Assembly (NCBI GenBank): GCA_017467815.1
Contig: JAFUKI010000077.1
Coordinates: forward strand, 4,797 to 68,796
DNA length: 64,000 bases
DNA from: Clostridia bacterium
GTDB taxonomy: Bacteria > Bacillota > Clostridia > Oscillospirales > CAG-272
Direction: 5' to 3'
A model generated the notes under the pieces. It was not told the origin of the DNA and made no database searches. It worked only from the letters and a program-made list of their open reading frames with translations. Below, piece after piece: positions 9,304 through 20,850 of this stretch. Each line of letters starts with the position of its first letter. Within the stretch, counting starts at the first letter, position 1. The translations under genes were made by a program, and so were the position numbers.

Positions 9304-9561
9304 ATGGCAGAACGCGCACTCAGAAAGACCAGAGTGGGTAAGGTCGTCAGCAATAAGATGGACAAGACCATCGTTGTAGCTATCGCAGACCACGTTAAGC
9401 ACCCCACTTATGGCAAGATCATCAAGCGCACCACCAAGATCCATGCTCATGACGAAAACAACGTCTGCGGCATCGGTGACACCGTTGAAGTAATGGAAAC
9501 CAGACCGCTGTCCAAGTCCAAGAGATGGAGACTGGTTGAAATTATCGAAAAGGCTAAGTAA
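9304..9561 (+). CDS. rpsQ: 30S ribosomal protein S17
   Basis: 85 aa (..[16 protein letters not shown]..). Confidence 0.97.
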   Translation: MAERALRKTRVGKVVSNKMDKTIVVAIADHVKHPTYGKIIKRTTKIHAHDENNVCGIGDTVEVMETRPLSKSKRWRLVEIIEKAK

Positions 9562-9774
9562 TTTAAATTTCGTAATACATGATTTCCGGGGAGGCAGGGT
9601 TCGTCCCATCGCCTCTCTGCGGAAAACGTGTCAGTAAAAAAATGCTGGGAAACCGCAGGACAAGCGTGCGGAGCAGGGGTCAGCCGGCAGGGGTAACACC
9701 CTTCTTTGACACCCTTTGGTCGTACGAACTCTCCTACGGTGTAGCCTCATTTTAAAATCCAAGGAGGATACAAC

Positions 9775-10143
9775 ATGATTCAGCAGCAGTCCTTAATGAA
9801 GGTTGCCGACAACACCGGTGCAAAAGAACTTATGTGCATCCGTGTTCTGGGCGGCACCGGCAGACGCTACGCAAACATCGGTGATGTTGTTGTATGCGCT
9901 GTAAAGAAGGCAGCACCCGGCGGCGTTGTTAAAAAAGGCGACGTTGTCAAGGCCGTAGTAGTCAGAAGCAGAAAGGGTCTCCGCAGAAATGACGGTTCCT
10001 ATATCAAGTTTGACGAAAACGCAGCCGTAATTATCAATGAAGACAAGAACCCCAAGGGTACCCGTATCTTCGGGCCTGTAGCTCGTGAACTCCGTGAACA
10101 CGAATACACCAAGATCCTGTCCCTTGCACCCGAAGTTCTTTAA
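9775..10143 (+). CDS. rplN: 50S ribosomal protein L14
   Basis: 122 aa ([18 protein letters not shown]..) with an AAGGAGG SD. Confidence 0.98.
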   Translation: MIQQQSLMKVADNTGAKELMCIRVLGGTGRRYANIGDVVVCAVKKAAPGGVVKKGDVVKAVVVRSRKGLRRNDGSYIKFDENAAVIINEDKNPKGTRIFGPVARELREHEYTKILSLAPEVL

Positions 10144-10158
10144 TGGAGGTACGATAAA

Positions 10159-10476
10159 ATGATGAAAAAGCTTCATGTAAAGACGGGCGATATGGTCATC
10201 GTAGTTTCCGGTGACGACAAGGGAAAGACCGGTAAGGTTGTAGAAGTTTCTCCCAAGGAAGGTAAAGTAATCGTAAGCGGCGTGAATCTGGTAAAGAAGC
10301 ACGTTAAGCCGAGACCTCCCCAGGAAAACGGCGGTATTCTGGAAGTAGAAGGCGCTATGTACGCTTCTAAGGTTCAGCTGTACTGCGAAAAGTGCAAGAA
10401 GCCCACAAGAGCTGCCCACAAGATGGACGGCGAAAAGAAAGTTCGCGTTTGCACCAAGTGCGGCGCTGAACTGTAA
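10159..10476 (+). CDS. rplX: 50S ribosomal protein L24
   Basis: 105 aa with a KOW motif. GGAGG lies 9 nt upstream. Confidence 0.96.
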   Translation: MMKKLHVKTGDMVIVVSGDDKGKTGKVVEVSPKEGKVIVSGVNLVKKHVKPRPPQENGGILEVEGAMYASKVQLYCEKCKKPTRAAHKMDGEKKVRVCTKCGAEL

Positions 10477-10490
10477 TTCGGAGGTGTACG

Positions 10491-11033
10491 ATGGCTGCAA
10501 GAATGAAAGAATTATACACTTCTGAAGTTGCTCCCGCTCTGATGAAGAAATTCGAATACAAGAGCGTAATGCAGATTCCGAAGTTGGATAAGATCGTTAT
10601 CAACGTTGGCGCCGGCGATGCTAAGGAAAACTCCAAGGTGATCGACGCTATCATGGCAGACCTGGCCGCTATCACCGGTCAGAAGCCTGTACCTACCTAC
10701 GCTAAGAAATCCGTTGCGAACTTCAAGCTGCGTGAAGGCATGAAGATCGGTGTAAAGGTTACTCTCCGCGGCGAAAAGATGTACGAATTCATGGACAGAC
10801 TGTTCAACTTCGCACTGCCCCGCGTACGTGACTTCAAGGGTATCAACCCCGACGCTTTCGATGGCCGCGGTAACTATGCACTGGGTCTGAAAGAACAGCT
10901 GATCTTCCCCGAAATCGAATACGATAAGGTTGAGAAGATCCGTGGTATGGACATCTGCTTCGTTACCACTGCTCAGACAGACGCAGAAGCCAAGGAACTG
11001 CTCACTCTCATGGGCGCTCCCTTTGCTAAGTAA
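10491..11033 (+). CDS. rplE: 50S ribosomal protein L5
   Basis: 180 aa, typical uL5. Confidence 0.98.
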   Translation: MAARMKELYTSEVAPALMKKFEYKSVMQIPKLDKIVINVGAGDAKENSKVIDAIMADLAAITGQKPVPTYAKKSVANFKLREGMKIGVKVTLRGEKMYEFMDRLFNFALPRVRDFKGINPDAFDGRGNYALGLKEQLIFPEIEYDKVEKIRGMDICFVTTAQTDAEAKELLTLMGAPFAK

Positions 11034-11051
11034 TTCAGGAGGTAGGAATAA

Positions 11052-11237
11052 ATGGCTAAAACATCTATGATTCTCAAGCAGCAGAAGAAGCAGAAGTTCT
11101 CCACTCGTGAGTACAACCGCTGCAAGATCTGCGGCCGCCCCCACGCTTACCTCCGCAAGTACGGTATCTGCCGTATCTGCTTCCGTGAGCTGGCTTACAA
11201 GGGCGAAATCCCGGGCGTGCGCAAGGCATCCTGGTAA
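11052..11237 (+). CDS. rpsN: 30S ribosomal protein S14, short zinc-ribbon (type Z) form
   Basis: 61 aa with CKICGRP..CRICF cysteine pairs. Confidence 0.97.
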   Translation: MAKTSMILKQQKKQKFSTREYNRCKICGRPHAYLRKYGICRICFRELAYKGEIPGVRKASW

Positions 11238-11477
11238 ACCAATTTCCCGATTGACTGGGGAACTATAACGAAAATACAGTTCCCCTTCAATACCCCTCTT
11301 TTGGGAGAAATCCCGAAGGAGGCAATATACGTTCCCCACAGATAGGAAAACTTGCAGAACAGTAAGTTTTAACCCTCTGTGTGCGGCCCCTCAAAGCTGA
11401 TCGGAAAGGTAAAAATTCTTGTCAGAACTGTGGGGCAGCAAGAAAAAATTATACTTGCATGACAGGAGGACACAATT

Positions 11478-11876
11478 ATGCAGATTTCTGACGTTATCGC
11501 CGATATGCTCACTCGTATCAGAAATGCGAATAACGCAAAGCACGAAACCGTTGATATCCCCGCTTCCAACATGAAGAAGGCTATTGCCGATATTCTTCTG
11601 AGCGAAGGTTATATCAAGGGCGTGCAGGTCATCGAAGATGGCAAGCAGGGCATCATCCGTATCACTCTGAAGTATGAAGCCGGTAAGCAGAAGGTTATTC
11701 ACGGTCTCCGCCGTGTTTCCAAGCCCGGTCTTCGTATCTACTCCAACTGCGAAGATATGCCCAAGGTTATGAACGGCCTCGGTATCGCGATCGTTTCCAC
11801 TTCCAAGGGTATCATGACCGACAAAAAAGCAAGACGTGAAAATGTAGGCGGCGAGATCCTCGCTTTTGTCTGGTAA
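11478..11876 (+). CDS. rpsH: 30S ribosomal protein S8
   Basis: 132 aa ([17 protein letters not shown]..) with an AGGAGG SD. Confidence 0.98.
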   Translation: MQISDVIADMLTRIRNANNAKHETVDIPASNMKKAIADILLSEGYIKGVQVIEDGKQGIIRITLKYEAGKQKVIHGLRRVSKPGLRIYSNCEDMPKVMNGLGIAIVSTSKGIMTDKKARRENVGGEILAFVW

Positions 11877-11894
11877 GAGAAAGGGAGGCACATT

Positions 11895-12434
11895 ATGTCA
11901 AGAATCGGTAGAGCTCCTATTACGGTTCCCGCTGGTGTAACCGTAACTGTGGGCGATGAAAATCTCATCACTGTTAAGGGTCCCAAGGGTACTCTGACCT
12001 ATACCGCACCTGCTGCTATGACAGTTAAGGTTGACGGCGCTGTTGTTACTGTTGCCCGTCCTAACGACGAAGCAGAAAACCGCGCTCTCCATGGTCTGAC
12101 CCGCACCCTGATCAATAACATGGTTGTTGGTGTTTCCAACGGCTATGAAAAGAAGCTGGAAATCGTTGGCGTTGGTTACAGAGTAGCTAAGGAAGGCAAG
12201 CGTATCGTTCTGAACGTTGGTCATTCCCATCCCATCTACTTCAACGAAGATGACAAAGTAACCTTCGACGTTCCGGATGCAAATACCATTATCGTTAAGA
12301 GCTTTGATAAGCAGTACTGCGGTCACGTTGCAGCGAACATCCGCTCCAAGAGACCTCCGGAACCTTATCACGGTAAGGGTATCAAGTACAGCGACGAACA
12401 TGTACGTCGTAAGGCCGGAAAGACCGGTAAATAA
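11895..12434 (+). CDS. rplF: 50S ribosomal protein L6
   Basis: 179 aa (MSRIGRAPITVPAGV..). Confidence 0.98.
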   Translation: MSRIGRAPITVPAGVTVTVGDENLITVKGPKGTLTYTAPAAMTVKVDGAVVTVARPNDEAENRALHGLTRTLINNMVVGVSNGYEKKLEIVGVGYRVAKEGKRIVLNVGHSHPIYFNEDDKVTFDVPDANTIIVKSFDKQYCGHVAANIRSKRPPEPYHGKGIKYSDEHVRRKAGKTGK

Positions 12435-12452
12435 TGAAAGGAGACGTTACAA

Positions 12453-12812
12453 ATGGTTAGCAAGAAGGATAAAAATGCGCAGCGTCTTAAGAGACATAAG
12501 AGAGTACGTGCGAAAGTGTCCGGTACCGCTGAACGTCCCCGTCTCGCTGTTTACCGCTCTAACGCACACATCTACGCACAGATCATTGATGATGTCAATG
12601 GTGTAACCCTGTGCGCCGCTTCTTCCACCGAAAAGGCTTTTGAAGGCATCGGCAGCAACAAGGAAGCTGCTAAGAAGGTCGGCATGGCTATCGCTGAAAG
12701 AGCAAAGGCAAAGGGTATCGACGCTGTAGTCTTTGACCGCGGCGGTTATATCTATCACGGACGTGTATCGGAACTTGCTGCAGGTGCAAGAGAAGGCGGT
12801 CTGAACTTCTGA
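12453..12812 (+). CDS. rplR: 50S ribosomal protein L18
   Basis: 119 aa, typical uL18. Confidence 0.97.
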   Translation: MVSKKDKNAQRLKRHKRVRAKVSGTAERPRLAVYRSNAHIYAQIIDDVNGVTLCAASSTEKAFEGIGSNKEAAKKVGMAIAERAKAKGIDAVVFDRGGYIYHGRVSELAAGAREGGLNF

Positions 12813-12984
12813 GTTCATCCCCCGATCTGCTCACGCAAGCCCCCGGTTTGTACACCCGGTGAAACGGCGGTTTACCGTGTGCCGGCTTCCTATGACAAGG
12901 TCACACAGATTCCGAGCCTGTGTGGAAGCTGCTTCCCGTTTCCCCGGCAGATTATCATTTCAATATTAAATTTGGAGAGACGAA

Positions 12985-13488
12985 ATGGCTAAGAGATTTA
13001 ATCCCGAAGAACTCGACCTGCAGGAAAAGCAGGTTGTCATCCGCCGTGTATCCAAAACAGTAAAGGGTGGTCGTATCGCCCGCTTTGCTGCTGTTATGGT
13101 TGTAGGCGATGAAAACGGTCACGTTGGCTACGGTATCGGTAAGGCTGCCGAAGTTCCGGAAGCTGTTCGTAAGGCTGTTGAAGATGCAAAGAAGAATATG
13201 ATCGAAGTTTCCCTCAACGAAACCACCATTCCCCACGAAGTTCTGGGTGAATTCGGTGCAGGTAAGGTTCTGCTGAAGCCGGCTCCCAAAGGTACCGGTA
13301 TCATCGCAGGTAAGACCGTACGTGTTGTAATGGAAATGGCAGGTATCAAGAATATCCGTTCCAAGTGCCTCCGTTCCAACAACCCCGTAAACGTAGTTAA
13401 GGCTACCTTTGAGGGTCTGAAGATGCTCCGCACTGCTGAACAGGTTGCTAAGACCCGTGGCATCAGCGTGGAACAGGTAACTGAATAA
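12985..13488 (+). CDS. rpsE: 30S ribosomal protein S5
   Basis: 167 aa (..[18 protein letters not shown]..). Confidence 0.98.
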   Translation: MAKRFNPEELDLQEKQVVIRRVSKTVKGGRIARFAAVMVVGDENGHVGYGIGKAAEVPEAVRKAVEDAKKNMIEVSLNETTIPHEVLGEFGAGKVLLKPAPKGTGIIAGKTVRVVMEMAGIKNIRSKCLRSNNPVNVVKATFEGLKMLRTAEQVAKTRGISVEQVTE

Positions 13489-13501
13489 GGAGGTTATGAG
13501 A

Positions 13502-13681
13502 ATGGAAAACGTAAAAATCACTCTGAAGAAGAGTCTCATAGCCGCAAAGCCCAACCAGAAGGCAACTGCCGCCTCCCTCGGCCTGCGTAAGATCGGTGAT
13601 TCCATCGTTCACGCAGCAGGTCCGGTGCTTGACGGTAAAGTTAAGGTACTCGCTCACCTGGTATCCGTGGAGAAGGCGTAA
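13502..13681 (+). CDS. rpmD: 50S ribosomal protein L30
   Basis: ATG at 13502 is 8 nt after AAGGAGG. The track ATG at 13496 is only 2 nt after the SD. Confidence 0.93.
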   Translation: MENVKITLKKSLIAAKPNQKATAASLGLRKIGDSIVHAAGPVLDGKVKVLAHLVSVEKA

Positions 13682-13734
13682 GCCCTCCGAAAGAAATTTT
13701 ATAGAAGGATTTTTAGTAAGGAGGAAAAACACGT

Positions 13735-14178
13735 ATGAAGCTCCATGAACTTTCTCCGGCACCCGGTTCCGTTAAGGAAGGTTTCCGGAAGGGTAGAGGT
13801 CCTGGATCCGGTAACGGCAAAACTGCCGGTAAGGGTCACAAGGGTCAGAACGCTCGTTCCGGCGGCGGTGTTCGTATTGGTTTCGAAGGCGGTCAGCTCC
13901 CTCTGTACAGAAAGCTGCCCAAGAGAGGTTTCAAGAACCATTTTGCAAAGGAATATGCCATTGTAAATGTTGAAACCCTGAATAAGTATTTTAATGACGG
14001 TGATACCGTTAATCTGGAAGCCCTGATGGCTGCCGGCATTATTAAGAAGTCTTTAGACGGTCTGAAGGTCCTCGGCAACGGCGAAATCACTAAAAAATTA
14101 ACCGTTGAAGCTACCATCTTTTCAGCAAGCGCAAAGGAAAAGATAGAAGCGGTTGGTGGAAAGACCGAGGTGGTATAA
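13735..14178 (+). CDS. rplO: 50S ribosomal protein L15
   Basis: 147 aa ([12 protein letters not shown]..). Confidence 0.97.
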   Translation: MKLHELSPAPGSVKEGFRKGRGPGSGNGKTAGKGHKGQNARSGGGVRIGFEGGQLPLYRKLPKRGFKNHFAKEYAIVNVETLNKYFNDGDTVNLEALMAAGIIKKSLDGLKVLGNGEITKKLTVEATIFSASAKEKIEAVGGKTEVV

Positions 14179-14179
14179 A

Positions 14180-15511
14180 GTGTTTGAGACAATCAAAAAT
14201 GCGTGGAAAGTAGCGGATCTGAAAAAGAAACTGCTGTTTACTTTGTTCATCATTGTGCTGTACCGCGTAGGTACCGCAATCCCGATCCCTTATGTGGATT
14301 CCAACATGCTCAGTCTGTATATGTCTGCAACTGGCGGATCCATTTTCCAGTACCTCAATCTTATCACTGGTAACGCATTTGCGAATGCAACGCTTTTTGC
14401 TCTTGGTATCAACCCCTATATCACAGCATCCATCGTAATGCAGCTTCTCTGCATCGCTATCCCTTATCTGGAAAGACTTTCCAAAGAAGGGGAAGAAGGC
14501 AAGAAGAAGATCAATCAGATCACCCGTTATGTAACCGTAGCGCTGGGTCTGATCACCGCTTTTGGTTATTACCAGCTGCTGAAGGCGAACAGTGTTATTG
14601 TTGACACTTCCGTGTTCGCTGCATTTGTTATCATCCTCAGCTACTGTGCCGGTTCTTCTCTGGTTATGTGGCTTGCTGAAAAAATCAATGAAGACGGTAT
14701 CGGCAACGGTATCTCCATGATCCTGTTCGCCAATATCATCTCCCGTCTGCCTGCCGGTGTCAGCACCCTCTGGACGCTCGTTACCGGTCAGGGTACCTAC
14801 CTGAAGGCAGACGACACCACCGGTACCATCCCCATGTGGCTTGGTATCATCCTCGCTGTAGTGATCGTAGTCTTTGCGATTGCAATGGTTGCATTCATCG
14901 TATGGATGACACACAGTGAACGTCGTATTCCGGTACAGTACGCAAAGAAAGTTGTCGGCAGAAAAGTATATGGCGGCCAGTCCTCCAATCTGCCCATCAA
15001 GGTCAACATGACCGGCGTTATGCCCATCATCTTCGCGAACTCTATCATTACGATTCCCCAGACCATCGCTATGTTCCTGCCCACACCCGCGGAAGGCTCC
15101 TTCTGGGCTGGCTTCCTCGGCCTGTTCGCAGCCGATAGCGTGTTCTATGCGATCCTGACCTTTGTTCTGATCGTTGCATTTGCATACTTCTACATCTCCA
15201 TTTCTTTCAACCCCGTAGAAGTTTCCAACAACATGAAGGCAAACGGCGGATTCATTCCCGGTATTCGTCCCGGTCGTCCGACTGCGGAGTTTATCACCAA
15301 GATTTTGTCCCGTGTAACCTTTATCGGCGCTCTGTGCCTTGGCATTATTGCAGTTGTTCCGCTGCTGGCTAACATCGTTACCCGCGGCGCAATGTCCGGT
15401 CTCGCATTCGGTGGTTCTTCCGTTATCATCCTCTGCGGTGTAATTCTGGAAACCATCCGCGAAATCGAAGCACAGATGACCATGCGTCATTATAAAGGAT
15501 TCCTTGAATAA
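14180..15511 (+). CDS. secY: Preprotein translocase subunit SecY
   Basis: Polytopic membrane protein with a canonical SecY sequence. GTG at 14180 is 6 nt after GAGGTGG. The track start at 14153 (TTG) lies inside rplO. Confidence 0.96.
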   Translation: MFETIKNAWKVADLKKKLLFTLFIIVLYRVGTAIPIPYVDSNMLSLYMSATGGSIFQYLNLITGNAFANATLFALGINPYITASIVMQLLCIAIPYLERLSKEGEEGKKKINQITRYVTVALGLITAFGYYQLLKANSVIVDTSVFAAFVIILSYCAGSSLVMWLAEKINEDGIGNGISMILFANIISRLPAGVSTLWTLVTGQGTYLKADDTTGTIPMWLGIILAVVIVVFAIAMVAFIVWMTHSERRIPVQYAKKVVGRKVYGGQSSNLPIKVNMTGVMPIIFANSIITIPQTIAMFLPTPAEGSFWAGFLGLFAADSVFYAILTFVLIVAFAYFYISISFNPVEVSNNMKANGGFIPGIRPGRPTAEFITKILSRVTFIGALCLGIIAVVPLLANIVTRGAMSGLAFGGSSVIILCGVILETIREIEAQMTMRHYKGFLE

Positions 15512-15628
15512 TACCGACGGTATTGTTTTTGAAACAGCGGGAAACGGCGGCGGAGAACTTAATTGTCTTCCCTGCCGTTTTCCTGCCTGTTTGGGTTTTT
15601 ATCAATCAAACGCTGATTAGGAGTTATA

Positions 15629-16264
15629 ATGAGAAAAATTAACCTCATTCTTCTGGGCGCGCCCGGTGCCGGCAAAGGTACCCAGGCAGAAATCATTTCT
15701 GAAAAATTCGCAATTCCCTCCATTTCCACCGGCGCTATGATCCGTGAAGCGATCGCAGCAGGAAGTGAACTGGGTCTGCGGGTCAAGAGTTATATTGACA
15801 AGGGCGAGCTGGTTCCCGATGCAGTCGTAATCGACATCATCAAGGAACGGCTGGCAAAACCCGACTGTGCCAACGGCTTCATTCTGGACGGTTTCCCGCG
15901 TACCGTTCCCCAGGCAGCAGCTCTGGACGAAATGGGCGTGGAAATCACCGATGTCATTTCCATCGAAGTGGCTGACGAGTCCATCATGGAACGTATGGGC
16001 GGCAGACGGGTATGTAAGAAGTGCGGTGCAACCTACCACACCAAGTACAATCCTTCCCCCAAGGGCGAGCTTTGCGCTTGCGGCGAACCTCTGACCATCC
16101 GTTCCGATGACGATCCGGAAGTGGTTAAGAGCCGCCTTGTGGTATACCACGAACAGACCGAACCCCTGAAGGATTTCTATCAGGAAAAGGGTCTGCTGAA
16201 ACTGGTTTACGGTCAGGAAAAGCTGGACGATACCACTTCCCTGACACTGGAAGCACTGGCATAA
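15629..16264 (+). CDS. adk: Adenylate kinase (zinc-lid type)
   Basis: 211 aa with a GAPGAGKGTQ P-loop and a CKKCG..CACG lid. Confidence 0.97.
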   Translation: MRKINLILLGAPGAGKGTQAEIISEKFAIPSISTGAMIREAIAAGSELGLRVKSYIDKGELVPDAVVIDIIKERLAKPDCANGFILDGFPRTVPQAAALDEMGVEITDVISIEVADESIMERMGGRRVCKKCGATYHTKYNPSPKGELCACGEPLTIRSDDDPEVVKSRLVVYHEQTEPLKDFYQEKGLLKLVYGQEKLDDTTSLTLEALA

Positions 16265-16295
16265 CAGTTGGCAAAGATAGAAGGCATATAGTTTT

Positions 16296-17051
16296 ATGAT
16301 TATTGTGAAAACCGCTGACCAGATCCGTCGGATGAAGCTGGCAGGCAGAATTACCGGTGAAGCCCTTTACCTGGCCCGCGAAATGGTCAAGGAAGGCGTA
16401 ACTACAAAACAGATCGACGACAAGATCCGGCAGCATATCGAAAAATGCGGTGCCAAACCCTCTTTCCTGGGTTACGGCGGATTTCCCGCCAGTGCCTGCA
16501 TTTCCATCAACAATGAAGTCATCCACGGGATCCCTTCACCGAATCGTGTTCTGAAGGAAGGCGACATTGTGAAAATTGACGTGGGTGCGTTCATCGGCGG
16601 CTTCCACGGAGACAGCGCCAATACCTTCGGGGTTGGAAAGATCGCTCCGGAAGCACAGAGACTGATCGACGTCACCAAACACAGTTTTGAACTGGGTGTA
16701 GCTGCCATCAATGTGGAAGCCGGACGTATCGGTGATATCGGCAATGCCATTGATACCTACGTCAGAGAAAACGGTTTCTCCACGGTCAAAAAGTACGTCG
16801 GTCACGGTGTCGGCGCAGACCTTCATGAAGATCCCAATGTTCCCAACTTCGGAACAGCCGGACGTGGTGCGAGATTGTGCCGCGGCATGACCATTGCCAT
16901 TGAGCCGATGGTAAATATGGGCGGCCCGGAAGTGATCGAGCGCCCGGATCACTGGACTGTGGTTACCAAGGACGGTTCCCTGTCTGCCCACTATGAGCAC
17001 TCTGTGGCGCTCACTGCAGACGGTGTGATCCTGCTGACCAAGGTGGATTGA
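16296..17051 (+). CDS. map: Type I methionine aminopeptidase
   Basis: 251 aa with a typical MetAP-I sequence and metal ligands. Confidence 0.96.
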   Translation: MIIVKTADQIRRMKLAGRITGEALYLAREMVKEGVTTKQIDDKIRQHIEKCGAKPSFLGYGGFPASACISINNEVIHGIPSPNRVLKEGDIVKIDVGAFIGGFHGDSANTFGVGKIAPEAQRLIDVTKHSFELGVAAINVEAGRIGDIGNAIDTYVRENGFSTVKKYVGHGVGADLHEDPNVPNFGTAGRGARLCRGMTIAIEPMVNMGGPEVIERPDHWTVVTKDGSLSAHYEHSVALTADGVILLTKVD

Positions 17052-17052
17052 T

Positions 17053-17382
17053 ATGCCACGGGATGGTACAGCCGCATTTGGCACAGTAGTGCAGTCCGTT
17101 GCCGGCAGAGACAGATTCCGCGTGTTCCTCGTTATCGGGGAAGGCATGGAACGGGGGTATCCCACCGTAAAAGTGGTGAACGGAACCCTCCACCGGCTGG
17201 AAAAACCGAAAATCAAGCATCTGTCCCATGTACGGGTCATCGCACATCTGACAGAGAGCGAAATAGCGGAATTCCGGATTGACTATTCTGACAAAAAAGC
17301 AGCAGAATTGGTTGCCAAATATGACTATAACAGAGAAAATGCTGGTTTGATGCATAAAAAAATCAAATCTGTATTGACATAA
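17053..17382 (+). CDS. KOW-domain RNA-binding protein
   Basis: 109 aa with a GTVVQSVAGRDRFRVFLVI KOW-like motif. It sits in the conserved Firmicute position between map and infA. Confidence 0.7.
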   Translation: MPRDGTAAFGTVVQSVAGRDRFRVFLVIGEGMERGYPTVKVVNGTLHRLEKPKIKHLSHVRVIAHLTESEIAEFRIDYSDKKAAELVAKYDYNRENAGLMHKKIKSVLT

Positions 17383-17477
17383 TGAAGGTTTTCACGTATA
17401 ATATTAAGACGGTGTGCTATGGCATTTTTTGAAAATGCTAAAGCAAAAAAATTGCACACAATGGGGAGGAGACGCTT

Positions 17478-17699
17478 TTGCCTAAGGATGACGTAATTGA
17501 ATTCGAAGGTACGATCGTGGAAGCACTGCCGAATGCAACATTCAAAGTAAAGCTTCCCAATGATATGATCGTGACGGCTCATATTTCCGGTAAACTCAGG
17601 ATGAATTATATCAGAATTCTTCCCGGTGATAAGGTTACGGTGGAAGTATCCATCTATGACCCCACCAAGGGCAGAATCACATGGAGAACAAAGGGTTAA
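17478..17699 (+). CDS. infA: Translation initiation factor IF-1
   Basis: 73 aa with a TTG start and a canonical IF-1 sequence. Confidence 0.97.
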   Translation: MPKDDVIEFEGTIVEALPNATFKVKLPNDMIVTAHISGKLRMNYIRILPGDKVTVEVSIYDPTKGRITWRTKG

Positions 17700-17980
17700 T
17701 CCGGCACACGTGGCTGCGTGTAACGGCTGCACAGTTCTGAATCCGAAAGGGTTTCCGAAACGCGGAAAACTTGCATTCCGCCGGAGGGTTATCCGGAGCA
17801 TACCTTATATAAGAGGTAGATGACCGGGTGGACAGAGCGAGCAGACAGGTGTGACAGAAAGACTCTTTTATCCGAAGAACAGGGAGCTGAGCCTTGTTCT
17901 GTTTCCGGTGTCGGGATTTCGCATTTCACCGGCACGGGGGATCAATACTCAGATGAACAAGAGAAAGGTGGAAAAATACT

Positions 17981-18094
17981 GTGAAAGTTAAGCCTTCCGT
18001 AAAAAAGATCTGCGAAAAGTGCAAAGTTATCAAGCGTCACGGTCGCATTATGGTGATCTGTGAGAACCCCAAGCACAAGCAGAGACAGGGTTAA
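17981..18094 (+). CDS. rpmJ: 50S ribosomal protein L36
   Basis: Not in the ORF track (37 aa). GTG at 17981 gives [47 protein letters not shown]. Confidence 0.95.
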   Translation: MKVKPSVKKICEKCKVIKRHGRIMVICENPKHKQRQG

Positions 18095-18118
18095 TTTCGA
18101 GAAAGGTGGAAGAAGCAT

Positions 18119-18487
18119 ATGGCTCGTATATCCGGTGTTGATATTCCGAATTCCAAGCGTGTCGAGATCGCTCTTACCTATATTTACGGTATCGGTCTGA
18201 AGAGCTCCAAGGATATCCTGGCAAAGACAGGCATCAATCCTGACATCAGAGCAAAGGATCTTACCGAAGACGACATCGCAAAGCTGCGTGACGAAATTGA
18301 AAACAACTACACTGTAGAAGGTGAACTTCGTCGTGAAGTTGCCATGAACATCAAGCGTCTCGTAGAAATCAACTGCTACCGCGGCATTCGTCACAGAAAA
18401 GGCCTGCCGGTTCGTGGTCAGAGAACCAAGACCAACGCAAGAACCAGAAAAGGTCCCGCTAAGACGATTGCTAACAAGAAGAAGTAA
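18119..18487 (+). CDS. rpsM: 30S ribosomal protein S13
   Basis: 122 aa ([10 protein letters not shown]..). Confidence 0.98.
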   Translation: MARISGVDIPNSKRVEIALTYIYGIGLKSSKDILAKTGINPDIRAKDLTEDDIAKLRDEIENNYTVEGELRREVAMNIKRLVEINCYRGIRHRKGLPVRGQRTKTNARTRKGPAKTIANKKK

Positions 18488-18507
18488 TAAAGGAGTGAGA
18501 GAACGAA

Positions 18508-18903
18508 ATGGCTAAAGTCGCTAAGAAAGTCATCAAGAAGCGTCGTGACCGGAAGAATATTGAAAAAGGTCATGCACATATCCGTTCTACCTTCAACAAT
18601 ACCATCGTAACCATCACTGATGTTATGGGTAACACCGTAGCATGGGCATCCTCCGGCGGCATGGGCTTTAAGGGTTCCAAGAAGAACACTCCCTTCGCTG
18701 CACAGACCGCTGCTGAAGCTGCTGCAAAGGGCGCTATGGAACATGGTATGAAGACTGTTGAAGTTTACGTTAAGGGCCCCGGTAACGGACGTGAAGCCGC
18801 TATTCGTGCGCTGCAGACTGCCGGTCTGGACATCACCCTGATCAAGGACGTTACCCCCATCCCCCACAACGGATGCCGTCCGCCCAAGCGTAGAAGAGTA
18901 TAA
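18508..18903 (+). CDS. rpsK: 30S ribosomal protein S11
   Basis: 131 aa, typical uS11. Confidence 0.98.
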   Translation: MAKVAKKVIKKRRDRKNIEKGHAHIRSTFNNTIVTITDVMGNTVAWASSGGMGFKGSKKNTPFAAQTAAEAAAKGAMEHGMKTVEVYVKGPGNGREAAIRALQTAGLDITLIKDVTPIPHNGCRPPKRRRV

Positions 18904-18925
18904 GGAAATTTAGGAGGAAAATAAT

Positions 18926-19552
18926 ATGGCAAGATATACAGGTCCTTCCTGCAAGCTCTGCCGCAGAGAAGGCAAGAAGCTTTTCCTCAAGGGAGATCGC
19001 TGCTTATCTGATAAGTGTGCCGTTGCCCGCCGTACGACCGTTCCCGGTCAGCATGGTGCAGGCCGCAAGCAGATCAAGGAATATGGCCTCCAGCACAGAG
19101 AAAAGATGACTGCACGCCGCTACTATGGTGTACAGGAAAAGCAGTTCAAGTCCTACTATGTAAAGGCTGATAAGACCGCTGGTGTTACCGGTGAAAACCT
19201 GCTGACAATTCTGGAATGCCGTCTGGACAACCTGGTATACAGAATGGGTCTGGCATCCAGCCGTAAGGAAGCTCGTCAGCTGATCCGTCACGCACACTTC
19301 ACCCTCAACGGCAAGAAGGTAGACATTCCGTCCATCATCTGCAAGGTTGGCGATGTAGTTGCTGTAAAGGAAAAGAGCAAGGGTTCTGAAAAGTTCAAGG
19401 CTCTGATCGAAGCATCCGAAACCGCAGTTACCCCGAAGTGGCTGGAAGTAGATCAGGCAAACGCATCTGCAAAGATGATCGCTATGCCTAAGAGAGACGA
19501 TGTAGATTTCCCGTTCGAAGAACAGCTTATCGTCGAACTTTACTCCAAGTAA
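18926..19552 (+). CDS. rpsD: 30S ribosomal protein S4
   Basis: 208 aa ([16 protein letters not shown]..). Confidence 0.98.
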   Translation: MARYTGPSCKLCRREGKKLFLKGDRCLSDKCAVARRTTVPGQHGAGRKQIKEYGLQHREKMTARRYYGVQEKQFKSYYVKADKTAGVTGENLLTILECRLDNLVYRMGLASSRKEARQLIRHAHFTLNGKKVDIPSIICKVGDVVAVKEKSKGSEKFKALIEASETAVTPKWLEVDQANASAKMIAMPKRDDVDFPFEEQLIVELYSK

Positions 19553-19722
19553 TAACCTACCCAAAGCGCTGCTCTGCGGGACAGTTTTCCCCATCCATAT
19601 GGCAGAAACGGTTTGGAGTGAAGTTCAGCTGACGCAGAGCACAGGCATGTATTTTGCAAGAATCGTAGTATTCCCCAAAAATATGTGGATTCGCAAAAAT
19701 TAGAAACGGAGGGTTATTATTA

Positions 19723-20694
19723 ATGATTGAGATAGAAAAGCCGAATATTGCGACAATCAATTTAAGCGAAGACGGTACAAATGGGAAGTTCATCATCGAA
19801 CCCCTGGAAAGAGGTTACGGCATTACGCTTGGTAACTCTCTTCGTCGCGTACTGCTCAGTTCCCTTCCCGGCGTTGCGGTAACCAGCATCAAGATCGACG
19901 GCGTACTTCATGAAATTTCCACCATTCCCGGTGTAAAGGAAGACGTTACCGAGATCGTACTGAATGTTAAGGGCATTACCGCCAAGCTGCATACTGATGA
20001 ACCCAAGATGGTTGTCATCGAAAGCACAGGTGCTTGTGACATCACGGCGGGCGATATCAAGCAGGATGCAGATATTGAGATCCTGAATCCGGATCATCAC
20101 ATTGCGACAGTTGGTGAAAACGTACGTTTCCGTATGGAACTGACCTTCGACCACGGCCGCGGTTATGTATCCCAGGAAAAGAACAAGCAGCTGTACCAGA
20201 CGATCAGTCAGGGTGCATCCGCTCCCATCGGCACCATTTTCACAGACTCGATTTACACTCCGGTTTATAACGTAAACTATACCGTCGAAAACACCCGCGT
20301 AGGCAGCAACACAGACTACGACAGACTGACTCTGGAAGTGCTGACCAACGGTGTGATTTTGGCGAAAGAAGCGATTTCTCTCGGCGCCAAGATACTCAAC
20401 GAGCATCTCAATTTGTTCGTCGATCTCTCCGACGAGGCAAAGAATGCGGAAATCATGGTTGAACGCGAAGAAACCATCAAAGAAAAGGTTCTTGAGATGA
20501 CCATTGAGGAGCTTGATATGTCCGTACGTAGTTTCAACTGCCTGAAGCGTGCCGGCATAGACACCGTAGAAGACCTGATCAACAGAACTGAGGACGACAT
20601 GATGAAGGTTCGTAACCTCGGTAAGAAGTCGCTGGAAGAAGTTATCCAGAAGCTGCACTCTCTCGGTCTCGACCTCAAGAAAGAGGAAGAATGA
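19723..20694 (+). CDS. rpoA: DNA-directed RNA polymerase subunit alpha
   Basis: 323 aa with canonical NTD and CTD sequence. Confidence 0.98.
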   Translation: MIEIEKPNIATINLSEDGTNGKFIIEPLERGYGITLGNSLRRVLLSSLPGVAVTSIKIDGVLHEISTIPGVKEDVTEIVLNVKGITAKLHTDEPKMVVIESTGACDITAGDIKQDADIEILNPDHHIATVGENVRFRMELTFDHGRGYVSQEKNKQLYQTISQGASAPIGTIFTDSIYTPVYNVNYTVENTRVGSNTDYDRLTLEVLTNGVILAKEAISLGAKILNEHLNLFVDLSDEAKNAEIMVEREETIKEKVLEMTIEELDMSVRSFNCLKRAGIDTVEDLINRTEDDMMKVRNLGKKSLEEVIQKLHSLGLDLKKEEE

Positions 20695-20850
20695 TCAAGC
20701 CGGTTAGGATACCGAAAACTACGGTATACCCCGGTTTGCGCTGAAATGGCAGTGCAGATATAAGAAGATTGAGTAAAGCCCTGATTGTTGGGCGATTTTC
20801 CGACGGTGAAAACCGGACGGATATAAGTAAGCAAAAGGAGGACATGGAAA

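Noticed and set aside
11444-11459. 16-nt identity AAAAATTATACTTGCA shared with 21454-21469
   Set aside because: A single 16-mer match is roughly what chance predicts in 64 kb when both strands are searched. Neither copy has a suitably spaced -35 element that would make the TATACT a promoter.
17325-17801. 158-aa minus-strand ORF across infA
   Set aside because: It is antisense to the unmistakable IF-1 gene and the adjacent spacer, and it has no SD or recognisable domain.
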